From contig OZ245366.1 of NCBI GenBank assembly GCA_965226585.1, positions 1,376,001 through 1,440,000 of the forward strand: a stretch of 64,000 nucleotides of DNA, given 5' to 3'. Positions 38,856-50,597 of the stretch are shown here, in pieces. The notes under the pieces are model-generated. The model was not told the DNA's origin, did not search any database, and worked only from the letters and a program-made list of their open reading frames with translations. Source of the DNA: Thermodesulfobacteriota bacterium. Its GTDB lineage: Bacteria > Desulfobacterota_D > UBA1144 > Nemesobacterales > Mycalebacteriaceae. Positions within the stretch are counted from its first letter, which is position 1, and every line of letters starts with the position of its first letter. A program made the translations under genes and the position numbers.

Positions 38856-40187
38856 TTATTCACTTTTCCCGCCCCGCGCGCCGGGCTCGCCAATGCAAAA
38901 ATACCGGAACCCGAGTTTCTCCAAGTCGCGCGGCGAGTAGATATTTCTTCCGTCAACGATAACGGGAGATTTCATAATGGAAAGAAGTTTGTCAAAATCG
39001 GGCTGTCTGTATTCGCTCCACTCCGTGCTCACAAACAGCGCGTCCGCCCCTTCGCACGCTTCGTATGATGTGCGCGCCCTTTTCACGCCGGGAGGGATGG
39101 AGTTTTTTGCCGCCCCGTCAAAAGCCACCGGATCGTGCGCCGTGATTTCCGCTCCTTCATTCATAAGTTCATTCATGATGTGAACGGCGGGAGACTCTCT
39201 TATATCGTCCGTGTTGGGTTTGAATGACACGCCCCAGAAAGCGATTCGGACTCCCCCGAACCCGCGGGGAAACGCGCTTCTCAACTTTTCAAGATAAACG
39301 CCTCTCTGGCGTGTATTGACCTCATCCACGGCGGAGCAGACTTTCATCTCAAAGCCCTTTTCCCCCGCCGTTCCGATAACAGCCCTCACGTCTTTCGGCA
39401 GGCATGAGCCGCCGTACCCAACTCCGGGGTAGAGAAACTTGTCGCCAATTCTTTCATCCGCCGCCATAACGGAGCGCACTTCAGAGATGCTCGCCCCCAT
39501 TTCTTCGCAGAATCCCGCCATCTCGTTCATAAACGATATGCGTGTCGCGAGCATGGCGTTTGAAGCGTATTTTGCTATCTCCGAAGAACGGATTGATATT
39601 GATATCAGCCTTTCCCCGCGCCTCATATACGGCAGGTAGAGAGACCGCAGAGCATCTTCCGCCCTTTTGCTGTCCGTTCCGATGACAATTCTGTCGGGGC
39701 TGAGAAAATCCTTCACGGCGGAACCCTCTTTCAGAAACTCCGGATTGGAGGCAACGTCAAAGTTTTTCGCGCCGTTTTTGAGCATAATCTCTCTCACCTT
39801 CTCGGTTGTTCCCGGAGAAACGGTGCTTTTTGTGACAACCAGTTTGTAATCGCCTCCGCACAGGGAGCCGATTTGCTCCGCCACGCCGAAAACAAAACTC
39901 AAGTCCGGAGAGCCGTCGCTTGTTTGCGGGGTGCCAACCGCTATGAAAATAATCTCCGATGAGCGGACGGCGTTTTCGGGGCTGTCAGAGAAACTGAGAC
40001 GCCCGGCGTCAGTGTTTTTCCTCACAAGGTCGTCAAGGTTCGGCTCGTAGAAAGGCACAACGCCTTTTTTCAGAGATTCTATCTTGTTCCGGTCTATGTC
40101 TGCGCAGATGACGGTGTTTCCACTGCCCGCAAGACACGCGCCCGTTACCAGACCCACATATCCTGTTCCTATAATTCCTACTTTCAA
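38856..40187 (-). CDS. ugd: UDP-glucose 6-dehydrogenase
   Basis: GTGYVGL, SNPEFLKEG, GYGGSCLPKD, FKPNTDDIRES. Confidence 0.93.
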   Translation of the reverse strand: MKVGIIGTGYVGLVTGACLAGSGNTVICADIDRNKIESLKKGVVPFYEPNLDDLVRKNTDAGRLSFSDSPENAVRSSEIIFIAVGTPQTSDGSPDLSFVFGVAEQIGSLCGGDYKLVVTKSTVSPGTTEKVREIMLKNGAKNFDVASNPEFLKEGSAVKDFLSPDRIVIGTDSKRAEDALRSLYLPYMRRGERLISISIRSSEIAKYASNAMLATRISFMNEMAGFCEEMGASISEVRSVMAADERIGDKFLYPGVGYGGSCLPKDVRAVIGTAGEKGFEMKVCSAVDEVNTRQRGVYLEKLRSAFPRGFGGVRIAFWGVSFKPNTDDIRESPAVHIMNELMNEGAEITAHDPVAFDGAAKNSIPPGVKRARTSYEACEGADALFVSTEWSEYRQPDFDKLLSIMKSPVIVDGRNIYSPRDLEKLGFRYFCIGEPGARGGKSE

Positions 40188-40262
40188 GGGAAAGCCACCG
40201 GTCGTGAAAGGGTGATTGTATACACAAACGAAATATTCTCAAAGGAAACCACAGCCGGGCGG

Positions 40263-40706
40263 CTACTCCACTTCCGGCAGAAACTTGTATTCGCCTCCGC
40301 CTGATTCAACAACAAATCCGCCGCCCGGAAGCGGTTTCGCGTTTGCCCCTATCGCGTAATAAGCGCGGCGGAGAAAGCGCGCCCTGAAAACGCCTTTTTT
40401 AATGCTCGCGTATGGAATGTTGTCGCGGTTTACGGTGAGAGAGTTGCCGCCGGTAACGGTTTCAAAAGTGCCGTCGTTTATTCCAACCCTTATGCCTGAA
40501 TCCGTAAGTTCGGCGGACACGATAACAAAAGGCGTGTCTTCAACCTCAACGGGTATCACAACGCCGCCTTCGGCAACCTCAAAACCGCCGTCTTTTGACG
40601 GGCGCAGATTGCGGTTGTTTTCAAGATACGTCCAGCGGTGCGTTACCGGAATGCCATCCTGAAACCATTTACCGTTCCTGTCTATAAATATGCGCGGAAT
40701 CTTCAC
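40263..40706 (-). CDS. DUF1285-like protein
   Basis: IDRNGKWF, PVEVEDTPF, ARFLRRAYY. Confidence 0.65.
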   Translation of the reverse strand: MKIPRIFIDRNGKWFQDGIPVTHRWTYLENNRNLRPSKDGGFEVAEGGVVIPVEVEDTPFVIVSAELTDSGIRVGINDGTFETVTGGNSLTVNRDNIPYASIKKGVFRARFLRRAYYAIGANAKPLPGGGFVVESGGGEYKFLPEVE

Positions 40707-40719
40707 CGGGAAACGCTCT

Positions 40720-41400
40720 CTAAACTATCGCCCCGTCTTTCATCGTAACAACCCTGCGGCAACAGTCGGCAACTTCCCTCTCGTGCGTAATCATCACAAC
40801 CGTTGTGCCGGCGCTGTTTACCTGTTTGAGAATGTTCATAATCTCAACCGTGTTACTGCTGTCAAGGTTTCCGGTCGGCTCATCGGCGAGAATAACAGCG
40901 GGGTCTGAGCAAAGGGCGCGCGCGATGGCAACCCTCTGCTGCTGTCCGCCGGAAAGCTGTGAAGGCATGTGGTCTTTTCTGTCCGCAAGACCGACTGATT
41001 CAAGCATCTCAAGCGCCTTCCTGCGCCTTCCGTGCGCCGAAGACGAGCCGTAGATAAGCGGAAGTTCCACATTCTCCTGCGCGGTTGAGCGCGCAAGCAG
41101 GTTGAAACTCTGAAAGACAAACCCGATACGCCGCCGCCTTATCTCTGAAAGCCTGTCCGGTGAAAAAGACGAAACCTCCTCGCCTTCAAAAAAGTAAGTT
41201 CCCTCGTCCTGAATGTCCAGAAGCCCCAGAATGTTCATCAAGGTGCTTTTGCCCGACCCCGAAGAGCCGATAATCGCCATAAAATCGCCCGGTAAAATAT
41301 CAAGCGAAACATCGCGCAGGGCGTGAACCGCGCTGTCTCCGGAAAGGTAGGTCTTCCTGACTCCGGAAAGTGAGATTATGGTATCTGATGACGGTGTCAT
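40720..41400 (-). CDS. ABC transporter ATP-binding protein (MacB/LolD family, no membrane domain)
   Basis: [37 protein letters not shown]; start moved to ATG 41400. Confidence 0.92.
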   Translation of the reverse strand: MTPSSDTIISLSGVRKTYLSGDSAVHALRDVSLDILPGDFMAIIGSSGSGKSTLMNILGLLDIQDEGTYFFEGEEVSSFSPDRLSEIRRRRIGFVFQSFNLLARSTAQENVELPLIYGSSSAHGRRRKALEMLESVGLADRKDHMPSQLSGGQQQRVAIARALCSDPAVILADEPTGNLDSSNTVEIMNILKQVNSAGTTVVMITHEREVADCCRRVVTMKDGAIV

Positions 41401-41413
41401 CTGGAGGAACGGG

Positions 41414-42532
41414 TTAAAAACGTTTCGGCTGGGGAAGTGACATACCCGTGGAATCTTCCCTGCCGCCGCCGGACACAACACCCACCACAACACTGTCGCC
41501 TTCCGATATGTCTCCGGCTTTCACCTCGGCGTACAGTTCGTTGCTCTCCCCTATCTCAACGGGAACGCTTTGCAACTCGCCCGTGGATTTGCGTATCCAC
41601 ACGGCGGCGGACTCAGAAGCGTGCGCAGACGACCCGTCTGACGGCAGAAACCGCAGAGCCGCGGTCGGAATGCGGAGAACATTGTCAACTTGAGCCGTTT
41701 TTACGGTAACATCGGCGGTCATTCCCGATTTGAGAGAATGCTGAGGGTTTTCAACCAGAGCGGAAACTTCGTATGTAACGGCTCCCGTTCCTTCAAGCGG
41801 CGCTCCGGGCAGAGAAACCACTTCGCCCGTAAACACCTTGTTTCTGAAAGCCGGAACCGTGAAGTGAACTTTCTGCCCTTCGGAAATACGCCCTATGTCC
41901 GCCTCGCTGACGCGGATAAAAAGCCTCATCATTGCGGGGTCTCCGGCAACCTTCATAAGCATTCCGTCTCTGCTGTCCACCGAGCGTCCCACCTCAACCT
42001 CGCGCAGAACAACCGTTCCGTCTATGGGGGATTTTATCTCCGCCGCTTTGAGGCGGTTGTCGGCTTCGGAAAACTCGGCTTTCGCCTGCTCCATCGCTAT
42101 CTTCGCGCGGTTGTAATCGTTTGTGGAGGTCAGTTGTTTGTCGTAAAGCTCCGCCTGATAGTTGAAGTCCGATTCTTTTGTGTCAAGTTCGGCGCGGGCT
42201 TTGTCGTAGCGTGATTTTAAGACGGCCGTGTCAAGACGGATAAGCACATCGCCGGAAGAAACGCCATCGCTTTGCTGTTTCAGAACTTCCGTAACTGTGC
42301 CGGATATGGCACTGTGTATCTCAACCTCTTCAAAAGGTTTCAGGGTTCCGACCGATGTAATTGTGGAAACAACGCTTCCAATGGAAACCTTGCCCATATG
42401 GTAGTGCGATGAACGCTCCTGTATGGACATTCCCGCCCACGCGCTCACAATTATCGCCGTAACAATAAAAATACCGCGCCATTTGGGGCTCAAGCCCCCG
42501 AAAAAGCCCAGCAGTTTTGTTATCCCACTCAC
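41414..42532 (-). CDS. Efflux membrane fusion protein (MacA-like)
   Basis: N-terminal TM, coiled hairpin, IKSPIDG, VSEADIG, LKSGMTA. Confidence 0.88.
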   Translation of the reverse strand: MSGITKLLGFFGGLSPKWRGIFIVTAIIVSAWAGMSIQERSSHYHMGKVSIGSVVSTITSVGTLKPFEEVEIHSAISGTVTEVLKQQSDGVSSGDVLIRLDTAVLKSRYDKARAELDTKESDFNYQAELYDKQLTSTNDYNRAKIAMEQAKAEFSEADNRLKAAEIKSPIDGTVVLREVEVGRSVDSRDGMLMKVAGDPAMMRLFIRVSEADIGRISEGQKVHFTVPAFRNKVFTGEVVSLPGAPLEGTGAVTYEVSALVENPQHSLKSGMTADVTVKTAQVDNVLRIPTAALRFLPSDGSSAHASESAAVWIRKSTGELQSVPVEIGESNELYAEVKAGDISEGDSVVVGVVSGGGREDSTGMSLPQPKRF

Positions 42533-42547
42533 TTTTTAATCTCCCTC

Positions 42548-43819
42548 TTACGAGCCCCTCACGGGAGTTTCGTCCGCAAGAAACTTCAAATCCACAATCA
42601 CCACCCTTCTATTATACAACGATTCTTCATATTTGAAGTAAAATTTTGAATATTCTTTTTCGGAAAAAACAAGGTCAAGTTTTGACGCCGCGCCCAGCTG
42701 CTCTTTCTCCCGCGCGAGAATCAGCTTCTCTTTGGCGTTTTCAAGAATCTGCCTGCTGAGCTCAATACTCGCGTCTGCGTGGGAAAGTTCCATCATCAGC
42801 CGCCTCACATCCCTCTCAAGACGCTGTTTTTCAATCTCTATGCGTATCTCCGTTCTCTCGCGGGCGGCTTTCATTCTGTCCAGTTTGCCGAAACGGGAAA
42901 GACCCTCAAAAATCGGCAGTTTTGCTCCCGCGCCGGCTATAAAGGCAGGCGTTTGCGCGCCTTCGCCTTTGAATCTGTAAGCCACCCTTCCGTAGATAAC
43001 GGGCAAAAATTCCGCGCGCGCGGCGCTGATGTTCGCCCGGTCGCTTTTGAGCCGCTCGGCAAGACTGAGAAGGCGCGGGTTTGACCTGAAAATAACGGGA
43101 AGCACCTCTTCCGCAGACACAAATCCGGCGCCTTCGTCATATGCCGGCACTTCAAGCGAGGCTCCGACATCCTCTTTTCCAATCAGTTGAAACAGTTCAA
43201 AACGCGCGCGGGAAACGTTGCCGGAAACCGTCTGCTTTTCAAACAGCACACTTTGCGCGTCAGACTCCTGCCGGGCGAGTTCAAGAGACGATATACGCCC
43301 GTTTTTCTCAAGGATTTTGCTTCTCTCCAGTTGCATTTCCGCAAGCTGGCTCTCTTTCTCGGTGTACAGCAGACGCGCCTCTTCAAGAAGAACCTTGTAA
43401 AATGCCTTGCGCGCCTGCCTGACGGCTTCGTTCGAAGCATGTTTTTTTGAAAGACGCGCCATGTCCACAAGGCTTTTCCGCGACCTGACCCGGTTTCTCG
43501 TGCGCCCGAAATCCCACAGTATCTGGTCTGCGAAAAACCCGGATTCGCGCCCCACAAAAGGCGGTATCAGCCGGGAACTCAGTTTCGGCATATAGGCGGC
43601 GGTCGCCTCTTTCTGAAAGCCCTTGTTTATTCTCACGTCCGTCCCCGCAAGGCGTATCTCAAGGCTCGCCTCCACCGCCCATTGCTCCGCGTCTTCAAGC
43701 GAAAGCGTGTTCGCCCCGGCGGGAGCCGGAGACAGAAACAGGACAAAAGCCGCAAAAAAACCGGCAAGCGGCGCGGCTTGAAACAGTCCGGAAATGCGGG
43801 TCGGAAACTGAACGCTCAT
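42548..43819 (-). CDS. TolC-family outer membrane protein
   Basis: Signal peptide, QILWDFG, AEFLP, LPIFEG, long amphipathic helices; start uncertain. Confidence 0.85.
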   Translation of the reverse strand: MSVQFPTRISGLFQAAPLAGFFAAFVLFLSPAPAGANTLSLEDAEQWAVEASLEIRLAGTDVRINKGFQKEATAAYMPKLSSRLIPPFVGRESGFFADQILWDFGRTRNRVRSRKSLVDMARLSKKHASNEAVRQARKAFYKVLLEEARLLYTEKESQLAEMQLERSKILEKNGRISSLELARQESDAQSVLFEKQTVSGNVSRARFELFQLIGKEDVGASLEVPAYDEGAGFVSAEEVLPVIFRSNPRLLSLAERLKSDRANISAARAEFLPVIYGRVAYRFKGEGAQTPAFIAGAGAKLPIFEGLSRFGKLDRMKAARERTEIRIEIEKQRLERDVRRLMMELSHADASIELSRQILENAKEKLILAREKEQLGAASKLDLVFSEKEYSKFYFKYEESLYNRRVVIVDLKFLADETPVRGS

Positions 43820-43947
43820 TTTTATCAGGAAAAGCGCGGACAACAGACCGGATTATAACACAGGAAAAGCCGCCGTTTATACAGTAAATGTAAAGCGGAA
43901 ACCCGCGCGGAGAGGCGGAGCGGGGCGCGCGCTGGTAGAGTAGTGCC

Positions 43948-45159
43948 GTGACGAACCTCAAAACACGGAACGGGAAAAACCCTCTGTCTGTCTATGTGCA
44001 TTTTCCCTACTGCGACATCAAGTGCCCGTTCTGCAACCTGAACGCGTGGGAAAGCAAGAAGTTTGACGAAGCCCTTTACGTCCGGGCTCTTGAAAGCGAA
44101 CTCAAAGCCCTTTCCGCCCTGATGCACGAACTGCGGGCGGGCGAGGTTGAAACCGTATTCATGGGCGGTGGAACGCCGTCTCTTTTCTCTCAAAGCGCGG
44201 TCGCGCGGGTGATGAATGCTGTCGCCTCGCGGTGCGCGGTTGCCGAAGGGGCGGAGGTGTCGCTTGAGGCGCATCCGCTTTCGTGCGATGTCTTGAAGCT
44301 CAAAGGGTACACAGGGGCTGGAGTCAACCGGCTCAGCATCGGGGCGCAGTCGTTTGACTCTGAAAAACTGAAGCGGCTCGGCAGGGGGCACGGGGCGGAA
44401 ACCTGTTCGGAGGCGGTGAAAAACGCTAGAGCGGCGGGCTTTGAGAACCTGAGCGTGGACATCATCGCGGGCGCGCCCGGAGAAACGGCGCGGGCGTTTC
44501 GCGAAGACATAAAAAAAGCGGGAGAAACGGGGGCGAACCATATTTCTGTCTACGGGCTCGAGATTGAGAAAGGAACCCGGTTTCACGCTCTCGCGCAGAG
44601 CGGGGAACTGAAACTTCCGTCTGCCGGGGAGACGGCAGACATGACAGATGCGGCGGCTTCTGAACTGCGGGCGCGGGGAATGGAGCGTTACGAAATATCA
44701 AGTTTTGCATTGCCAAACGGCGCGTGCCGCCACAACATAAACTACTGGCGTTCGGGAAACTACATAGGCATCGGAGCGGGAGCGCACTCGCATCTCACAA
44801 CCGCCGGGGCTCCTTTCGGGCTCAGGTGGGCTAACACACGAAATCCTGCGGAATATATGGAGAAAGCCGCGCGGGGGGAACTTGCCCCGATGCGCGAGAT
44901 GGATGCGGAAACGGGATTTTCCGACTGTGTGATGATGGGGCTCAGACTTACCGAAGGAATGAACCTTCGCAATGCCGAAAAGAAATTCGGTGTCCGGACA
45001 GACAGAGATTCTCTGCGGAAACTTGAAAGGGGCGGTTTTGTGCTTGAACGCGGACAAAACCTTAAAATCACCGTAAAAGGTCTTGCGGTCGCAAACTCAA
45101 TTATTGCGGAAATCACGGGAAAAGCCGTGGCGGGGCATCCTGCGGGAAATCTGATATAA
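43948..45159 (+). CDS. hemW: Radical SAM heme chaperone (HemN-like)
   Basis: [32 protein letters not shown]. Confidence 0.88.
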   Translation: MTNLKTRNGKNPLSVYVHFPYCDIKCPFCNLNAWESKKFDEALYVRALESELKALSALMHELRAGEVETVFMGGGTPSLFSQSAVARVMNAVASRCAVAEGAEVSLEAHPLSCDVLKLKGYTGAGVNRLSIGAQSFDSEKLKRLGRGHGAETCSEAVKNARAAGFENLSVDIIAGAPGETARAFREDIKKAGETGANHISVYGLEIEKGTRFHALAQSGELKLPSAGETADMTDAAASELRARGMERYEISSFALPNGACRHNINYWRSGNYIGIGAGAHSHLTTAGAPFGLRWANTRNPAEYMEKAARGELAPMREMDAETGFSDCVMMGLRLTEGMNLRNAEKKFGVRTDRDSLRKLERGGFVLERGQNLKITVKGLAVANSIIAEITGKAVAGHPAGNLI

Positions 45160-45193
45160 TGCCCTGAAATTCCTTTATTTCCGGAGAAAAAAC

Positions 45194-46498
45194 ATGGCAA
45201 AAATTAAAACCGTAAAAGCGCGGGAAATTCTTGACTCGCGCGGAAATCCGACAGTTGAAGTGGATATTGTGTGCGATGACGGCTCGTTCGGCAGGGCGGC
45301 GGTGCCGTCCGGGGCTTCAACGGGCAAATACGAAGCGCGGGAACTCAGAGACTCCGCGAAAAAGAAAAGATACGGCGGCAAAGGGGTGCTGAAAGCGGTT
45401 GAAAACGTGAACCGGATTCTTGCGCGGGCGGTGAAGGGAACAGACGCGCGGAAACAGGAGGAGGTTGACGGGAAGATGATGAAAAAAGACGCAACCCGCT
45501 CCAAATCGGGCATGGGGGCGAACGCCATTCTGGGAGTGTCTCTCGCGGCGGCAAGGGCGGCGGCGGAATCGGAAAAACTGCCCTTCCACGCCTACCTCTC
45601 AAAATTGAACGGGGCAAAACTGAAAGGGAAAACGCGCCCGTCTCTGCCCGTTCCGTTTATGAACATAATCAACGGCGGCGTCCACGCGGACAACAACCTT
45701 GACATTCAGGAGTTCATGCTCGTGCCTCACGGTTTCAAAACCTTCTCCGAATCGCTTCGCGCCGGGGTTGAGATATTTCACAGCCTCAAATCCCTTCTGA
45801 AATCAAAAGGGCTTTCCACCTCGGTTGGAGATGAAGGGGGCTTTGCCCCGGACTTGCGCTCCAATGAGCAGGCGATGGATTTCATAGCCCGTGCTGCGGA
45901 AAAAGCCGGATACAAAACCGGCGCGCAAGTGTCTCTCGCGATGGACGCGGCGGCAAGCGAGATGTTTTCGGGCGGAAAATACAAGATTGGCGGAAAGAAT
46001 CTGTCTTCCGGCGCGCTTGTGAAAATGTATGAAAAATGGGCGAAAAACTGGCCCCTCGTGTCCATTGAAGACCCCATGGATGAAAACGACTGGGAAGGAT
46101 GGCGCGAAATTACCGCAAGCATCGGGGGCAAGGTCAGGATTGTGGGAGACGACCTGTTTGTTACAAACAGCGCGCGGCTTCAAAAGGGCATCAACACCGG
46201 AGCCGGAAACTCAATTCTTATAAAGGTCAACCAGATAGGGACGCTTTCAGAAACTTTTGACGCGATGAACCTCGCGGCGGCTGAGGGATACGGCGCGATG
46301 GTATCGCACCGTTCGGGGGAAACCGAAGACTCCGCAATCGCGGACATAGCGGTCGCAACGGGATGCGGCTCCATCAAAACCGGCGCGCCGTGCAGGGGAG
46401 AGAGAACGGCAAAATACAACCGCCTGTTGAGGATTGAGGAGGAGCTCGGAAGAAAAGCGGTGTTTGCGGGAAAGGGATTTTTCGGTAGAGTTCAGTAG
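45194..46498 (+). CDS. eno: Enolase
   Basis: [43 protein letters not shown]. Confidence 0.98.
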   Translation: MAKIKTVKAREILDSRGNPTVEVDIVCDDGSFGRAAVPSGASTGKYEARELRDSAKKKRYGGKGVLKAVENVNRILARAVKGTDARKQEEVDGKMMKKDATRSKSGMGANAILGVSLAAARAAAESEKLPFHAYLSKLNGAKLKGKTRPSLPVPFMNIINGGVHADNNLDIQEFMLVPHGFKTFSESLRAGVEIFHSLKSLLKSKGLSTSVGDEGGFAPDLRSNEQAMDFIARAAEKAGYKTGAQVSLAMDAAASEMFSGGKYKIGGKNLSSGALVKMYEKWAKNWPLVSIEDPMDENDWEGWREITASIGGKVRIVGDDLFVTNSARLQKGINTGAGNSILIKVNQIGTLSETFDAMNLAAAEGYGAMVSHRSGETEDSAIADIAVATGCGSIKTGAPCRGERTAKYNRLLRIEEELGRKAVFAGKGFFGRVQ

Positions 46499-46543
46499 AG
46501 GAACATGGGTGAAAAAAGTTAGTTTTTTTAAGGAAACGGGAGC

Positions 46544-47971
46544 ATGAGCGGCGGAACTCTTTTTGACAAGATATGGCAGTCGCACCTCGTCAGCGAAGGC
46601 ACAGACGGAAAGCCGGACCTCCTCTACATAGACCTGCATCTGGTTCACGAAGTAACTTCCCCTCAGGCGTTTGAGGGTCTTGAGATGGAGGGCAGAAAAG
46701 TCCGCCGTCCCGAACTCACCTTCGCAACGATGGATCACAACGTTCCAACCACCGGAAGGGGCAAGCCGATAAAAGACAACATCAGCGCCCTGCAGATAGA
46801 AACTTTGAGAGAAAACTGCCGGAAGTTCGGCATATCCCTTTTTGACATCGTTCCCGACGCCGGAATTGAAGACCTTCAGGGCATAGTCCACGTGATAGGT
46901 CCCGAACTGGGTCTCACAAGACCCGGAATGACGATAGTTTGCGGCGACAGCCACACGTCCACTCACGGGGCTTTCGGCTCTCTGGCGTTTGGAATCGGAA
47001 CAAGCGAAGTGGAGCACGTTCTCGCGACCCAATGCCTCCGGCAAACGCGACCGCAGACTTTTGAGATTCGGGTTGACGGCAAAAGGGGCTCCGGAGTTAC
47101 GGCAAAAGACATAATCCTCGCAATCATAGGCCGCTTAGGAACCGCCGGCGCGACCGGATACGCGGTTGAATACTCGGGCGAAGCCATACGCGACCTCTCA
47201 ATGGAAGAACGGATGACGGTTTGCAACATGTCCATAGAGGCGGGAGCGAAAGCCGGAATGATAGCGGCGGACGAAAAAACCTTTGAATACGCGGCGGGAA
47301 AGCTTTACTCGCCGCCGCCGGAACAGATGGACAAAGCCATAGGGGAGTGGAGAGAATGTGTTTCCGATGAAGACGCGGTTTTTGACAAAACGCTCGTGAT
47401 GGACGCGGAAAAAATCGCCCCTCAGGTAACGTGGGGAACAAATCCCGGAATGGTGGCGGAGGTGAACGGCTCCGTTCCGGACCCGGAAGATGCGGAGAAC
47501 GGGCAGCAGAGAGACGCCATGCGCCGGGCACTTGAATACATGGGGCTGAAAGCCGGAACTCCGATAACCGACATCAAGATAGACAGGGTGTTTGTGGGCT
47601 CATGCACGAACTCCCGCATTGAAGACCTGACCGAAGTCGCGCGCATAGTGAAAGGAAAAAAAGTTGCCAAAGGCGTGAGGGCGATGGTTGTTCCGGGCTC
47701 TCAGTCGGTTAAGAAACAGGCCGAAGAAATGGGGATAGACAAAATACTCAAAGAGGCGGGTTTTGAATGGCGCGAATCGGGATGCAGTATGTGTCTGGGA
47801 ATGAACCCGGATATCCTCGCGCCCGGAGAAAGATGCGCCAGCACTTCAAACAGAAACTTTGAAGGGCGGCAGGGCAAAGGCGGCAGAACGCACCTCGCAA
47901 GCCCCGTGATGGCGGCGGCGGCGGCGCTTGAAGGGCGATTTGTTGACGTCCGCGAGTGGGAAAAACGGTAA
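46544..47971 (+). CDS. leuC: 3-isopropylmalate dehydratase large subunit
   Basis: [42 protein letters not shown]. Confidence 0.97.
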   Translation: MSGGTLFDKIWQSHLVSEGTDGKPDLLYIDLHLVHEVTSPQAFEGLEMEGRKVRRPELTFATMDHNVPTTGRGKPIKDNISALQIETLRENCRKFGISLFDIVPDAGIEDLQGIVHVIGPELGLTRPGMTIVCGDSHTSTHGAFGSLAFGIGTSEVEHVLATQCLRQTRPQTFEIRVDGKRGSGVTAKDIILAIIGRLGTAGATGYAVEYSGEAIRDLSMEERMTVCNMSIEAGAKAGMIAADEKTFEYAAGKLYSPPPEQMDKAIGEWRECVSDEDAVFDKTLVMDAEKIAPQVTWGTNPGMVAEVNGSVPDPEDAENGQQRDAMRRALEYMGLKAGTPITDIKIDRVFVGSCTNSRIEDLTEVARIVKGKKVAKGVRAMVVPGSQSVKKQAEEMGIDKILKEAGFEWRESGCSMCLGMNPDILAPGERCASTSNRNFEGRQGKGGRTHLASPVMAAAAALEGRFVDVREWEKR

Positions 47972-48606
47972 TGGAGAAGTTCACAAAAATAAAAGCTAAA
48001 GTCGCCCCGCTTGACCGGGCAAATGTTGACACAGACCAGATAATTCCAAAACAATTTCTAAAAAGAGTGGAAAGAACGGGATTTGGCGAGTTTCTTTTCT
48101 ACGACTGGCGTTTCCTTGACGACGGCAAAACCCCCAATCCGGATTTTGAGATGAACGAAGAACGCTACAAAGGCGCGGGAGTTCTGATAGCAAGGGAAAA
48201 CTTCGGCGGCGGCAGTTCGCGGGAGCACGCGCCGTGGTCTATAAGAGAGTTCGGTTTCAGGGTGATAATCGCCCCGTCTTTTGCTGATATCTTCTACAAC
48301 AACTGTTTCAAAAACTCCATACTTCCGGTGAAACTTGACCGCGAAACGGTTGACGGGCTTTTTGAAACCGTGAGGACAAACCCCGGATTCACTCTGGAGG
48401 TGGATTTGGAAAAACAAACCATAAAGGGAGACGGCGCGGCTTTTGAGTTTGAGATTGACCCTTTCAGAAAGCGCACCCTTCTTGAAGGGCTTGACGACAT
48501 ATCGCAGACACTCAAGGAAAGCGGACTGATAGGCGGCTACGAAAGCGCGAGGGTTGAGAGCAGACCGTGGGGTTTTCCTGGAAAACAGACTGGAGCGGGG
48601 AGGTGA
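47971..48606 (+). CDS. leuD: 3-isopropylmalate dehydratase small subunit
   Basis: [33 protein letters not shown] coupling with leuC. Confidence 0.96.
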   Translation: MEKFTKIKAKVAPLDRANVDTDQIIPKQFLKRVERTGFGEFLFYDWRFLDDGKTPNPDFEMNEERYKGAGVLIARENFGGGSSREHAPWSIREFGFRVIIAPSFADIFYNNCFKNSILPVKLDRETVDGLFETVRTNPGFTLEVDLEKQTIKGDGAAFEFEIDPFRKRTLLEGLDDISQTLKESGLIGGYESARVESRPWGFPGKQTGAGR

Positions 48607-48610
48607 AAAT

Positions 48611-49129
48611 ATGAACATTAAAATCACAACGCGGCACATTAACGACAGAAGAACGGCAAAAAAAATGAAGGAATACATGCTTTCAAAACTGCCGAGAGTG
48701 GGACGTTATCTGCACAAACAGGGAGAGGAAGCGGCCGTCAGCGCGGTCTTGTCATCAGAAAAACTGAGGCACACGGCTGAGGTGAATGTTGCGGGAACAA
48801 GGCTTTCGGCAACCGCCACGGTAACTTCAGACGACCTGAGCACATCCATAGACAACGTTATGGACGCGGTTGTCAAACAACTCAGGCGCAAAGGCGACAA
48901 ACGGCTCGCGGCGCGAAGGAGGAAAGCCCCGGAGCGCAGTGTTGAGCCCCCTTCCGCGCCGGCGGTGAAGATTCAAAAGGTTGCCGCGAAACTCGTTTCC
49001 CCCGAAGAGGCGGTGATGCAGGTACAGTCATCGGGTAAAGATTTTCTCGTCTTTACCAACAGCGAAACGCTTGAGATGAACGTGGTCTACAGGAGAGACA
49101 AGAAAATCTTTCGCATTGTTCCCCGTTAG
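48611..49129 (+). CDS. hpf: Ribosome hibernation promoting factor, long form
   Basis: MNIKITTRH, KQLRR, C-terminal EEAVMQ...FLVFTN...NVVYRR. Confidence 0.85.
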   Translation: MNIKITTRHINDRRTAKKMKEYMLSKLPRVGRYLHKQGEEAAVSAVLSSEKLRHTAEVNVAGTRLSATATVTSDDLSTSIDNVMDAVVKQLRRKGDKRLAARRRKAPERSVEPPSAPAVKIQKVAAKLVSPEEAVMQVQSSGKDFLVFTNSETLEMNVVYRRDKKIFRIVPR

Positions 49130-49159
49130 CCGCGAGAGAAGACGCAAAAGGGAAACGGA

Positions 49160-49612
49160 ATGAAAATCGCCGATGTTTTAACCAGAGACGCCATCATAAA
49201 GTCGCTTCAGGCGACCACGAAGCGTGATGTGTTGAAAGAGATTTCTGAAACCGTGGCGGGCCTTTCCCCGTCTCTCAATGCGGAGACGCTTTTCAAAATG
49301 CTTATGGAGAGAGAGGAGTTGTGCAGTACGGCTCTTGACCACGGTGTGGCGGTGCCTCATTTGCGGATGCACGGGCTGTCTGAGCCTGTGGCGGCTTTTG
49401 CGAGAAGCGAGCAAGGCGTGGATTTCGGGTCTCTTGACGGAAAACCCACTCACCTGTTTATGACGATAATCGCATCAGAATCTCGCGCCGATGAATACAT
49501 CAGCCTGCTTGCGGGCGTAACATCTGTGCTGAAAGACGGCGGAATGAGAGAGCGGCTGGAAAAAGCGGAATCAACAAAAGATATTTTTGAAACCCTTGTC
49601 GGTGAACTCTGA
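49160..49612 (+). CDS. ptsN: PTS EIIA-Ntr-like protein
   Basis: EREELCSTALDHGVAVPH, GVDFGSLDG. Confidence 0.85.
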   Translation: MKIADVLTRDAIIKSLQATTKRDVLKEISETVAGLSPSLNAETLFKMLMEREELCSTALDHGVAVPHLRMHGLSEPVAAFARSEQGVDFGSLDGKPTHLFMTIIASESRADEYISLLAGVTSVLKDGGMRERLEKAESTKDIFETLVGEL

Positions 49613-49643
49613 GGAGGCGGGGTTGCTGAAACGGTGAGGGAAA

Positions 49644-50597
49644 ATGGCGGAGAATAAACAGGTCAGCGTCGGGGAACTGAAGGAGAAGTGGTTTTCCCAT
49701 CTCAAACTGGGCGGGGTTAGAGGCAAAACCGGTTTTGACGCTCTCATAACAAAAGCGCCCGTTCGCAAACCGGGGCTCAGAATGACCGAAAGACCCATGA
49801 AACTTGATGCCGGGCACGTTTACGTTCTGGGCGAAACCGAATGCGGCTACATAGACAAACTGTCGCCGAAAGAGCGCAAGGATCTTGCCGGAGAGCTGGT
49901 AAAGCAGAAAATCCCCTGCTTCGTGGTCTCTGACGGCATAAACATTCACCCCGGCTTTATGTCTTTGATGAAAAAAATGTCGGTTGCCGTGTTCAAAAGC
50001 GACAGCCCGCTTGAAGCGCTGATGGCGACTCTGGGCGAACTGCTTGAATGGCGGCTCGCGCCTTTTAAGACTCTTCACGCGACCCTTGTGGTGGTTCACG
50101 GAACGGGAACTCTGATAACGGGCAAAAGCGGCGTGGGCAAAAGCGAATGCGCTCTTGACCTTATAGCGCGGGGCTGGCAATTCGTCTCAGACGATGTTGT
50201 GGAAATCAAAAGAGTCGGGGCGCATCTGCTCGGCTCGGCTCCCGAAACGGTAAAGCACATGATGGAAATAAGGGGCGTGGGAATTGTGAACATAGCCGAC
50301 CTGTTCGGAAGAACATCGGTTATGGACAACCACCTTATAGACATGGTGATAGACATTGAGCCGTGGGACGAGGGCTTGGAATACGACCGTCTGGGGCTTG
50401 ACAGCAAAAAGATAAAAATACTTGAGGTTGAGCTTCCGGTTGTGAAAATACCGGTGCGCCCCGGAAGAAACATCACCACTCTGGCTGAAGTTGCGGTGAG
50501 AAACCACATTCTGAAAACAAGCGGAATCAACCCGTTTGACTCCCTTCCCGAAGCGCTTCTCGGAAAGAAAAGCGACGAAAAACGGCGGAAAACATGA
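49644..50597 (+). CDS. hprK: HPr(Ser) kinase/phosphorylase
   Basis: GKSGVGKSECAL, SDD, EIRGVGI, YDRLG, PVRPGRN. Confidence 0.93.
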   Translation: MAENKQVSVGELKEKWFSHLKLGGVRGKTGFDALITKAPVRKPGLRMTERPMKLDAGHVYVLGETECGYIDKLSPKERKDLAGELVKQKIPCFVVSDGINIHPGFMSLMKKMSVAVFKSDSPLEALMATLGELLEWRLAPFKTLHATLVVVHGTGTLITGKSGVGKSECALDLIARGWQFVSDDVVEIKRVGAHLLGSAPETVKHMMEIRGVGIVNIADLFGRTSVMDNHLIDMVIDIEPWDEGLEYDRLGLDSKKIKILEVELPVVKIPVRPGRNITTLAEVAVRNHILKTSGINPFDSLPEALLGKKSDEKRRKT

